Program-made: the position numbers and the translations under genes
Part shown: piece by piece, positions 18,849-26,578 of the stretch
Position numbering within the stretch: position 1 is the stretch's first letter
Layout of the letters: every line of letters starts with the position of its first letter
The notes under the pieces: model-generated
What the model was told of the DNA's origin: nothing
The model's input: the letters and a program-made list of their open reading frames with translations, nothing else
Database searches by the model: none
Assembly (NCBI GenBank): GCA_026395435.1
Contig: JAPLYT010000003.1
Location: 4,024-68,023 of the forward strand
From: Candidatus Saccharimonadota bacterium
GTDB lineage: Bacteria; Patescibacteriota; Saccharimonadia; Saccharimonadales; AWTP1-31
Direction of reading: 5' to 3'
DNA: 64,000 bases

Positions 18849-20144
18849 ATGCATATATTCTTTAGTGGTATCGGGGGCGCCGGTATCGGACCACTGGCCC
18901 TGATTGCCAAGCAAGCTGGATACACCGTTTCGGGAAGTGACAAACAAAATTCGTCATATATAGAATATTTACGGAAGCATGGCATTACGGATATCCACAT
19001 TGGGCAAGAGTCGGACAAAATTGCCGCTACCCATCACCAACAACCAATCGATTGGTTCGTATACAGTTCTGCTGTTGAAAAAGAACAAAAACACGCACCT
19101 GAACTCGCTTTCGCTCGTGAGTACGGTATTAGAATGAGCAAACGTGATGAATTGCTCAATCAAATTTTGGAAGACAAGAAACTCAAGTTGATCGCCATTG
19201 CCGGAACACATGGAAAGTCTACCACCACAGCGATGGTGGTTTGGTTATTTAAGCAGCTCAAACTTCCTATAAGCTACTCGGTTGGAGCAAAATTGAGCTA
19301 TGGGGATATGGGTCAATTTGACGCTGACAGCACCTATTTCGCCTACGAATGCGATGAATTCGACCGTAACTTTTTGGCTTTCAAGCCATTTTTGTCCGTT
19401 ATTACAGGGGTTACGTGGGATCATCATGAGATATTCCCAACCCGTGAAGACTACCAAGAGGCCTTCAAGGAATTTATCAGTCAATCACGCCACACTATTT
19501 GCTGGAGAGAAGATTATGACTATCTTGGCCTGACGTCTACCAGCACTATTTCAGTAGAAGAAACCGACCATCCGCATATTGCCGATATAAAACTCAATGG
19601 ACTCTACAATCGGCTTGATAGCTGGTTTGCCATTCAAGCAGTTCACGAAGTCACGAAAACACCAGTCAAGATACTTATCGGCCTCATGAACGACTTCCCA
19701 GGTTTACAACGGCGTATGGAACAGATTATTCCCCACTTGTATAGCGATTATGCCCATACACCAGAAAAGATTCGAGGCGGCATGAGCGTAGCACTCGAGA
19801 TGGCCCAGGATAGCGGCAAGAAACTATACATTGTCTACGAAGGGCTTACGAACCGTCGGCAACACTTTATGATAGATGACTACAAAGACTGCTTTGCTGG
19901 TGCTGATCACGTCTATTGGATTCCGAGCTATCTGGCCCGAGAAGATCCCGATCAATCAATTCTGTCACCTACAGAGCTCATCAAACACCTTGATGATCCG
20001 TCTATCGCAACCCCTATGGAACGCGACGAAACCCTCAAACAAGTTATTCAAAATCACCTAGACGATGGTGCAATGGTTGTCGGCATGGCCGGCGGTGGTG
20101 GCGATAGTCTCGACGATTGGTTGCGAGCGGAGTTTGCGTCATGA
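18849..20144 (+). CDS. murC: UDP-N-acetylmuramate--L-alanine ligase (MurC/Mpl family Mur ligase)
   Basis: GIGGAGIGPLALIAKQAGYTVSGSD N-terminal Rossmann motif and IAIAGTHGKSTTTAMV P-loop. Start moved to MHIFFSGIGG (18849), with TATACT 6 nt upstream. The TGA stop overlaps the next ATG (ATGA). Confidence 0.8.
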   Translation: MHIFFSGIGGAGIGPLALIAKQAGYTVSGSDKQNSSYIEYLRKHGITDIHIGQESDKIAATHHQQPIDWFVYSSAVEKEQKHAPELAFAREYGIRMSKRDELLNQILEDKKLKLIAIAGTHGKSTTTAMVVWLFKQLKLPISYSVGAKLSYGDMGQFDADSTYFAYECDEFDRNFLAFKPFLSVITGVTWDHHEIFPTREDYQEAFKEFISQSRHTICWREDYDYLGLTSTSTISVEETDHPHIADIKLNGLYNRLDSWFAIQAVHEVTKTPVKILIGLMNDFPGLQRRMEQIIPHLYSDYAHTPEKIRGGMSVALEMAQDSGKKLYIVYEGLTNRRQHFMIDDYKDCFAGADHVYWIPSYLAREDPDQSILSPTELIKHLDDPSIATPMERDETLKQVIQNHLDDGAMVVGMAGGGGDSLDDWLRAEFAS

Positions 20145-21514
20145 CATACACGAAAAGCCGATCACCCGATTCATTTTCCACACAACGATCTGACATTTTA
20201 TTGATCATTCTTATTGTTGCATCCGGCCTCATTGGCTCACTTCTCACAGCCACTACCGTGAACCGACGTAATCAAAACTTTTTGCTTGCTCGAGTAGATA
20301 CCATCGCGACTGCCCTGCCGGCCGAAGATGTCGCTAAACTTCAGGGCAATGAATCCGATCTGACTGAGGAAAATTACAATAAAATCAAAGCGAAACTAGC
20401 GCTTATACGAAAAAATAACAGCGACATTCGGTTTGTATACCTTACCTCCATTAAAGATTCTCAGGTGTATTTCTTGGTTGATTCAGAAGATTCTGCCAGC
20501 AAAGATTATTCTCCTCCGGGTGAAACTTACCCAGAAGCATCGCCTGAATTTGTAAATTCATTCAAAGATGGTGATCATTTCGTCGAAGGCCCCTACCGCG
20601 ATCGTTGGGGCAACTGGATGTCAGCCATCGCGCCAATTCGCGACCCGAACACCGGCCAAATTATCGCCATGGCCGGTGTGGATAGCTCTGCACTCAATAA
20701 CTTCCTCCAAGTTGCCCTATATGCCACTATTCCACTTCTCCTGTCGGCAATCCCACTGGTAATTCTGATTCGTCAAATTCGGATCAAAAAGGCTGAAGAA
20801 GAAATTCAAATGCTTAAACGAAGATTTATTTCAATCGCGTCACACGAGCTTCGTTCTCCTTTGACCGGTATGATCTGGGGTACACAATCGCTGCTTGGAC
20901 GAACAACTGAGCTTAATCCCGCTTCAAAAGAATTACTGTCAGATATGTCAGTAAGTGCTCGGTCGGTGATGTCGACAATTAACGAGATCCTTGATCTTTC
21001 TATTTTTGAAGAAGGCAACCCTGATAAATTACAGCACAATCAAGTTGACTTAGTATCAATAATCACCGAAGTACAAAAAGAATTTAAGCTGGCGTCTAAG
21101 GTTAAGGATATCGTCATTAAACGCGATAATTCTTGGCCAGAGCATGCATACGTAATCGGTGATTCTGGGGCTATCCGCCGTGGGATGATGAACATCGTAA
21201 GTAATGCTATTAAATACAGTCCTGAAACCACACAGGTCACATTGGGTTACCAAAAGAATGGCGATATGCATACTATGAGCGTCCATGACACAGGGATCGG
21301 CATACCATCAAGCGAAATTGAGAAAGTGACTGAAGGCTATTACCGAGCCAGTAATGCGACCAATATTTTGGCGCATGGAACCGGGATCGGACTGTGGGTC
21401 ACAAAACTAATGCTCGAACAACACAAAGGTCGTTTGGTCATTGAAAGCCAAGAGAACATTGGGACCACCGTCTATCTATCAATCCCTATTGCATCAAAAC
21501 CTACTACAGCGTGA
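20141..21514 (+). CDS. sensor histidine kinase with extracytoplasmic PDC/Cache-like domain
   Basis: One TM helix, then an approx 170-aa sensor domain, then a second TM helix. H-box SIASHELRSPLTGM, N-box NIVSNAIKYSP, G-boxes VHDTGIGIP and GTGIGLWV. Start at MTYTKS (ATGA overlap with murC). Confidence 0.85.
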   Translation: MTYTKSRSPDSFSTQRSDILLIILIVASGLIGSLLTATTVNRRNQNFLLARVDTIATALPAEDVAKLQGNESDLTEENYNKIKAKLALIRKNNSDIRFVYLTSIKDSQVYFLVDSEDSASKDYSPPGETYPEASPEFVNSFKDGDHFVEGPYRDRWGNWMSAIAPIRDPNTGQIIAMAGVDSSALNNFLQVALYATIPLLLSAIPLVILIRQIRIKKAEEEIQMLKRRFISIASHELRSPLTGMIWGTQSLLGRTTELNPASKELLSDMSVSARSVMSTINEILDLSIFEEGNPDKLQHNQVDLVSIITEVQKEFKLASKVKDIVIKRDNSWPEHAYVIGDSGAIRRGMMNIVSNAIKYSPETTQVTLGYQKNGDMHTMSVHDTGIGIPSSEIEKVTEGYYRASNATNILAHGTGIGLWVTKLMLEQHKGRLVIESQENIGTTVYLSIPIASKPTTA

Positions 21515-21562
21515 CAGATGGGCGTATACTATAGGTAGACCATAAAACGAAAGGATGCAGCC

Positions 21563-21958
21563 ATGGATAACAAACTAATACTTGTCGTTGAAGATGAAGA
21601 CAGCCTGAGTACCGTATTCAAGTTCGAACTCGAAAACGCCGGCTATGATGTACTCCTTGAAGCAAATGGATCCAAAGTAATGGATATTATAAAAGCGAAA
21701 CATCCTGCAGTGGTGTTACTCGATATTATGATCCCTGGCTTGTCAGGACTTGATGTACTGCAAGCAGTCGTTGCTGACCCAGAGACCAAAGAAACCAAAA
21801 TCATTGTCGTCACGACGCTCAACTCAACCGATCGTCAGCAAGAATACAAAACCTTTGGTGCTGCCGGTTTCATCGACAAAGTGAACATGAATCTTCCTGA
21901 CATCCTCAAAAAGATCCAAGAAGTAATGGTCACTGAGCCATCAACAGATATTTCTTAG
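21563..21958 (+). CDS. single-domain response regulator (receiver only)
   Basis: LILVVEDED, VVLLDIMIPGLSG and GFIDK receiver motifs. 131 aa with no output domain. AAAGGA upstream. Confidence 0.85.
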   Translation: MDNKLILVVEDEDSLSTVFKFELENAGYDVLLEANGSKVMDIIKAKHPAVVLLDIMIPGLSGLDVLQAVVADPETKETKIIVVTTLNSTDRQQEYKTFGAAGFIDKVNMNLPDILKKIQEVMVTEPSTDIS

Positions 21959-22287
21959 CGGTTGTCGCCGTGGCCTTTTTGGACGCCCCGTGTCTTTCGG
22001 CTGGCCAGTTTATCGAGGTTCAGTTGCATCACATCATCGAGTGAAAGATTGAGGCTATGCGCCATCATAGCAATATACCAGACAACGTCACCGAGTTCTT
22101 TTTTGATCTCCAACACATCTTCATCGGTAATGTTGCCGTCTCGATAGGCAACAATCTTTTTCCATTTTTCGATCACTTCACCTGCTTCACCTACAATTCC
22201 CATAGCCCAAATCGTTTTATCCATTAATGGGTCAGGGTTAAATATCGCAGTAGTAAGCGCTTGCTTTTGATACTCGTCAAATGTCAT
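21955..22287 (-). CDS. MazG-like nucleotide pyrophosphohydrolase
   Basis: 110 aa with GIVGEAGEVIEKWKK..ELGDVVWY (the EExxE..D MazG signature). Confidence 0.8.
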   Translation of the reverse strand: MTFDEYQKQALTTAIFNPDPLMDKTIWAMGIVGEAGEVIEKWKKIVAYRDGNITDEDVLEIKKELGDVVWYIAMMAHSLNLSLDDVMQLNLDKLASRKTRGVQKGHGDNR

Positions 22288-22397
22288 GTACCGTCTCCCT
22301 TTACATTATCCTAGTGTACCAGCCCTGACCAACTGGCCAAACTATAACCAAGATCGATGAGCTGGTGAGCAGCGGATATCTGGACTATACTAAATGC

Positions 22398-23285
22398 ATG
22401 AACAATACCTTTTTCGCTATCGAAACAATCAGCAAAGACTCGCTCATTAAAAATCCTAGTCTCTGGGTGCAAAATCATGGTCTCAATATTCTGATCATAT
22501 TGGGAGGTGCATGGATAGTGCAACGCCTCGCTGCATCAGTTATAAAAACGTTGCTTGGTCGCGTAATGCAAGGTCATAGCTTTAGCTCGGACACTGACCG
22601 GAAAAAACGAGCCAATACCTTGCACGGCTTGATTGACGCGATGCTTCGCATTCTAATTTGGGCTATTGCCTCCATAATGGTCATCGACGAGCTCGGTATC
22701 AATACTGCTCCACTACTGGCGAGTGCCGGAGTATTCGGTGTAGCACTCGGTATAGGTGCACAATCTTTCATTAAAGATTTTGTCAGCGGGATGTTTATTA
22801 TCACTGAGAATCAGTACCGAGTCGGTGACGTCGTGGAGCTCGATGCAGGCAGCCCAGTTAGTGGCACCGTGGAGGCGATAACCGTTCGCACTACAGTACT
22901 ACGAGATATTAACGGTACACAGCATCATATCCCTAATGGTAGTATTGTTGTCGCTAGTAATAAAACATTTGGATTTAGTAAAATTAATGAAATGGTCGTC
23001 GTCGATCAGAATACCAATATTGAGAAGCTTGAGAAGATAATTAATCACGTTGGTGATGAACTAGCAGCCGACGAGACTATCGGGAAACTCATTAAGAAAA
23101 CACCACGTATGGATTCAGTAGGCGGATACAATGAGCGCGGATTATTTGTCTATGTACGTGGAGACACCACTCCAGGTGGACAATGGACCGTCAAGACTGA
23201 GCTCTTCAAAAGACTCAATTCAGAACTTACAAAAGCCGGCATCAAAATTGCTATGTCTCCGCTTACGTCGCCGACTAAAAAATAG
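22398..23285 (+). CDS. small-conductance mechanosensitive channel (MscS family)
   Basis: Three TM helices, then FIKDFVSGMFIITENQYRVGDVVEL and a beta-domain. Start trimmed to MNNTFF. Confidence 0.8.
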   Translation: MNNTFFAIETISKDSLIKNPSLWVQNHGLNILIILGGAWIVQRLAASVIKTLLGRVMQGHSFSSDTDRKKRANTLHGLIDAMLRILIWAIASIMVIDELGINTAPLLASAGVFGVALGIGAQSFIKDFVSGMFIITENQYRVGDVVELDAGSPVSGTVEAITVRTTVLRDINGTQHHIPNGSIVVASNKTFGFSKINEMVVVDQNTNIEKLEKIINHVGDELAADETIGKLIKKTPRMDSVGGYNERGLFVYVRGDTTPGGQWTVKTELFKRLNSELTKAGIKIAMSPLTSPTKK

Positions 23286-23298
23286 TTTCGTTGATTGA

Positions 23299-24018
23299 CT
23301 AAAGACCGAGAGTTGCGTCAGTCAGATCAGCTTCTTGGAAGTCTTTGGTATCGTCGACTTTCTTAAGCGTATCGGTAATGGTAGTTGCAGCTTTAGCTGG
23401 ATCTGCTTTCTTTTCTGTGGTTGTCACCTGTGTTGTAACAGGTGGCTTTGGTACGTCAACAGTCTTCTTGTTGTTAAGCAAGTATGCATAGACTGCACCG
23501 CCTGCAAGTGCTAATGCGAGAATTACAGCCACCATGATGGCTGGACCTTTGCTTCTTTTAGCGGGAACGAGCTGAGACATTGATGCACTTTCGGTGGACG
23601 CTTTTTCTTCGCGGGCTGCCTGTTCCAGCAAAGTCTGAGTATTTTTAGCGACTTCGTCGGGATTTGCGGGCGGCAAGTCTGAAGTCGAAGAAATAGTATC
23701 ATCAGGTTTCGTATCTAAGCCAGGGATTAACTCAGGAGTTGATTCTTTGACTTCTTCAGCAATAACTTGCGGAGTCATAGGACCGACGCTGGCAGTTTCA
23801 GATGGAACGGGTGATGTTGAACTTGGAGCTGATGGCGCAACTGGTTCTTCAGGTGCTGAAGGCCTCGATGAGGCTTGTGGCGCAGCCGGGGTTGTATCGG
23901 TGGAATCGGTTATAGAGATAGATACCGGACGCGAAACAGGAGGACGGGCACCGATGCCGTCCATTGATCTTCCTGGTTGAGGACTTGATGGTTGAGGTGT
24001 AGGTTTGATATCATCCAT
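23299..24018 (-). CDS. Pro/Ser/Thr-rich protein with one TM helix
   Basis: About 150 aa of low-complexity P/S/T/A-rich sequence, then TM helix AIMVAVILALALAGGAVYAYLL, then a short tail. Confidence 0.5.
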   Translation of the reverse strand: MDDIKPTPQPSSPQPGRSMDGIGARPPVSRPVSISITDSTDTTPAAPQASSRPSAPEEPVAPSAPSSTSPVPSETASVGPMTPQVIAEEVKESTPELIPGLDTKPDDTISSTSDLPPANPDEVAKNTQTLLEQAAREEKASTESASMSQLVPAKRSKGPAIMVAVILALALAGGAVYAYLLNNKKTVDVPKPPVTTQVTTTEKKADPAKAATTITDTLKKVDDTKDFQEADLTDATLGL

Positions 24019-24020
24019 GG

Positions 24021-24734
24021 CTATTGTGCCCCCCCTGTTTTTGTAGGCGTCGGTGTTGGAGTCGTTGTTGTTGGAGTAGGTTTTGTGGTAGTTGTGGTTG
24101 TTTTGGTGTCAGCTTTTTCTTCTTTTAGAAGCGGTAATACCTTGGTTTCAATAGTAGTTCGAATGTCTTTAGCATCTTTGGCGATAACCACACGAGCTGC
24201 TCGTGCTCCTTCGAGCGCACCCTTGAACCCTGCAGGGTCAACGATACAATCGACGTCATTGAGATCGGCAACTGCTGTCTGATATGTTGCAACGTCGGTA
24301 GTATAAGACGCAATTAGAGTCGTAAGTTCAGTCTGGGCCGCTTCGATTGCCTTCGTATCCGTACCGGCAGTCTTCATGTCGGCAATAACTTCTGAAAGCG
24401 TGGTGGTTATCTTGGTATAATTTTCAGTTCGTACTTTTACTTTGTCGGTCAAAGTAACGGCATATGCCTTACCCTTGATCTGAGCAACTTTGCACTTCAA
24501 CTTTAGCTTAGCTTGATCGGCTGCACTTAATGTTGCGGCATAGGTCGTTTTGTTTTTAGCAATACGATCAGCGAGTGTCGTAGCAGCCGGCTTAACTGTT
24601 GGCGCCGGGGCTGTGGTCGTTGTAGTAGTTGTCTTGGTTGTTGCAGGTGTTGGAGTAGCTGCTGCCAAAACAGGCGCGACGCTTAAGAATGGCGCCACCA
24701 AAGCCATGCTCACGATCAACTTAATTTTATTCAT
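24021..24734 (-). CDS. secreted helical protein with poly-Thr tracts at both ends
   Basis: Signal peptide MNKIKLIVSMALVAPFLSVAPVLAA. TTKTTTTTTTAP near the N-terminus and KTTTTTTKPTPTTTTPTPTPTK at the C-terminus. Confidence 0.5.
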   Translation of the reverse strand: MNKIKLIVSMALVAPFLSVAPVLAAATPTPATTKTTTTTTTAPAPTVKPAATTLADRIAKNKTTYAATLSAADQAKLKLKCKVAQIKGKAYAVTLTDKVKVRTENYTKITTTLSEVIADMKTAGTDTKAIEAAQTELTTLIASYTTDVATYQTAVADLNDVDCIVDPAGFKGALEGARAARVVIAKDAKDIRTTIETKVLPLLKEEKADTKTTTTTTKPTPTTTTPTPTPTKTGGAQ

Positions 24735-24775
24735 ATAGATTCCTTGTTACGATGCTCTTATATTAGCATAAGCTT

Positions 24776-25609
24776 TTAGGAGAGAGAATAGTGGTTATCC
24801 ACCTGTTTAATCATTCCTTCTTGCGTTAAGTCGATGAGCACCGAAAGCAGACGGTCGTCGGCAATATTTCGCCGTAAGGCTCCGAGTTTCATTTCATCCT
24901 GCGTTAAAAGTCTTAGAACTGCACCCCGGACTTGTCGACGCGATCCCTCAAATTTTGACTGTTTCGTATAGGCCTTACTTTTGCGACTTTTATTACCAAC
25001 TTGTTGCTTGAGATAAGCCCCGTAATCCATTAGAGCCCAGTACCACTCCCGGAACGAATACTTTCCTGAATGACCCTCAAGTTTATCGATGCATTGTTGC
25101 AGTAGCGGCAACAGTTGCGAATCCGATATCGTATCGTGATCTTCAAAAAAATGGTGAATGAAAACTGTCCGAATGTTAGTTTCAATGTACACTACTGGCT
25201 CGTTATAGGCATAGGCCATAATTGCCCCCGCAGTATTAGCTCCAATTCCCGGAAGCGTCGATAATTGTGCTTTGTCAGTTGGAAATTTACTTCCAAATTC
25301 AGAAACTACTTTTTGGGCTGCCAAATGTAAGAATTTTGCCCGACGGTTATATCCCAGGCCCTGCCATATTCGAATTACATCGCTCAAAGGTGCATCTGCA
25401 AGTTTCTGAACACTGGGAAACTGATCTAAAAATTTCTGATATTTCTCTATTACCCGCGACACCTGCGTTTGCTGAAGCATAATCTCACTTACCATGATGC
25501 AGTATGGGTCAAACATACCGTCCAGTTTAGCAGTGCGCCACGGCATATTGCGCTTGTTGGATTCGTAATTGTCCCAAACAATGTTCATAAAAGCATCAAT
25601 ATCCATCAC
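24776..25609 (-). CDS. MutY-like adenine DNA glycosylase (HhH-GPD) lacking the Fe-S cluster cysteines
   Basis: VSEIMLQQTQVSRVIEKY (catalytic Glu region) and LPGIGANTAGAIMAYAY (HhH). Only two Cys in the whole protein, and none in the region where the C-x6-C-x2-C-x5-C loop sits. The C-terminus (FEGSRRQVRGAVLRLL..) looks like a winged helix rather than a NUDIX-type domain. Confidence 0.75.
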   Translation of the reverse strand: MMDIDAFMNIVWDNYESNKRNMPWRTAKLDGMFDPYCIMVSEIMLQQTQVSRVIEKYQKFLDQFPSVQKLADAPLSDVIRIWQGLGYNRRAKFLHLAAQKVVSEFGSKFPTDKAQLSTLPGIGANTAGAIMAYAYNEPVVYIETNIRTVFIHHFFEDHDTISDSQLLPLLQQCIDKLEGHSGKYSFREWYWALMDYGAYLKQQVGNKSRKSKAYTKQSKFEGSRRQVRGAVLRLLTQDEMKLGALRRNIADDRLLSVLIDLTQEGMIKQVDNHYSLS

Positions 25610-25639
25610 TACTATTGTACGATGTGCGCACGCGCTTGA

Positions 25640-26290
25640 CTACTGTTGCGTAAAGCCTGTAACAACCCAATTGCTACCCTGAAGGTTCATCTGTAAGAGT
25701 GTTCGGTCGACCTTGCCATCATAAAAAGCCGCCATTTTGACCGTTGCAGACGAATCACTCGACTGAGCCCATGTGTTATCATCGATGATAAATGCAGCCG
25801 TCTCAGGAATCTTTGGGAAAGACACAGCGACGAGTGGATTTCCTGTGAGGCCTTTTGATTCAATGTCTCGCATAGAGGTGCAGGCTTCCTTGGGTACTGT
25901 CGAATTCGTACATCCATTTGTACTTTCACCCCCTGCCGCACTCCCATCTGATGTTGATTCGGATCCACTAGATTTCTTTGAGCCATTACTGGCTGAGGAG
26001 CCTCCCTGATTTGTATTTGAGCCAGAAGAACTATTGCCCTGCGATGAACCATCTGCAGAAGGTGTATTTGTAGTTCCATCCGGAGTTGCTCCTGATTCAG
26101 AAGCAATACTGGTGTCTCCACTAGCTGTGCCATTCTTTTCAGCCAGATAAAATCGACTACTGAAAAAAACAACCGTCCCGGCTATAGCGATTGCCAAAAT
26201 CACAAAGAATTTTGAAGAAAAAGCTGATCGAGCATTTTGAATCTTATTATGGACGGTATTGTATGATCGAACGGGTGTTTGTCTTGCCAT
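25640..26290 (-). CDS. N-terminally anchored protein with Ser/Gly-rich linker and a conserved C-terminal domain (paralog of 32279..32920)
   Basis: TM helix FFVILAIAIAGTVVFF, an S/G/T-rich linker, then C..VP..AC..IESKGL.GNP..IPE..IIDDNTW.. The C-terminal domain aligns with 32279..32920. Confidence 0.55.
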   Translation of the reverse strand: MARQTPVRSYNTVHNKIQNARSAFSSKFFVILAIAIAGTVVFFSSRFYLAEKNGTASGDTSIASESGATPDGTTNTPSADGSSQGNSSSGSNTNQGGSSASNGSKKSSGSESTSDGSAAGGESTNGCTNSTVPKEACTSMRDIESKGLTGNPLVAVSFPKIPETAAFIIDDNTWAQSSDSSATVKMAAFYDGKVDRTLLQMNLQGSNWVVTGFTQQ

Positions 26291-26341
26291 TTTGTATTAG
26301 CCTATTTCGCCTATATTATGCTTATGTATAGCATAGCATAT

Positions 26342-26578
26342 CTATGATTTTCGTTTTGCAATCCAACTCATGATCACAAGCGCACTCACCCAATACGGCA
26401 CAATGCCAATAATCGTATCACTTACCGAGTGCGAACTACGGTCAACCGCCAACGCACTCGCACCCAAAAAGTATATATACGGTATATACGTTAACCACCC
26501 CTGCCAAGCCACCGGAATATAGCTCCCCCTAACTTGTTTAAACCAGACCGTTTTTTTATTTTTATTTCTTTTTGTCAT
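26342..26578 (-). CDS. small membrane protein (78 aa)
   Basis: Two hydrophobic helices. Overlaps the end of the upstream gene by 17 nt. Confidence 0.4.
   Translation of the reverse strand: MTKRNKNKKTVWFKQVRGSYIPVAWQGWLTYIPYIYFLGASALAVDRSSHSVSDTIIGIVPYWVSALVIMSWIAKRKS

Noticed and set aside
23747-24738. Plus-strand ORFs encoding poly-Val/Gly sequences (23747..23980, 23992..24282, 24550..24738).
   Set aside because: They are the antisense readout of the Thr/Pro/Ser-rich minus-strand genes.
25687-26172. 161-aa ORF on the same strand as 25640..26290 (and, similarly, 38517..38885 inside 38284..39471).
   Set aside because: These are alternative frames nested within longer ORFs that have coherent TM, linker and domain organisation.
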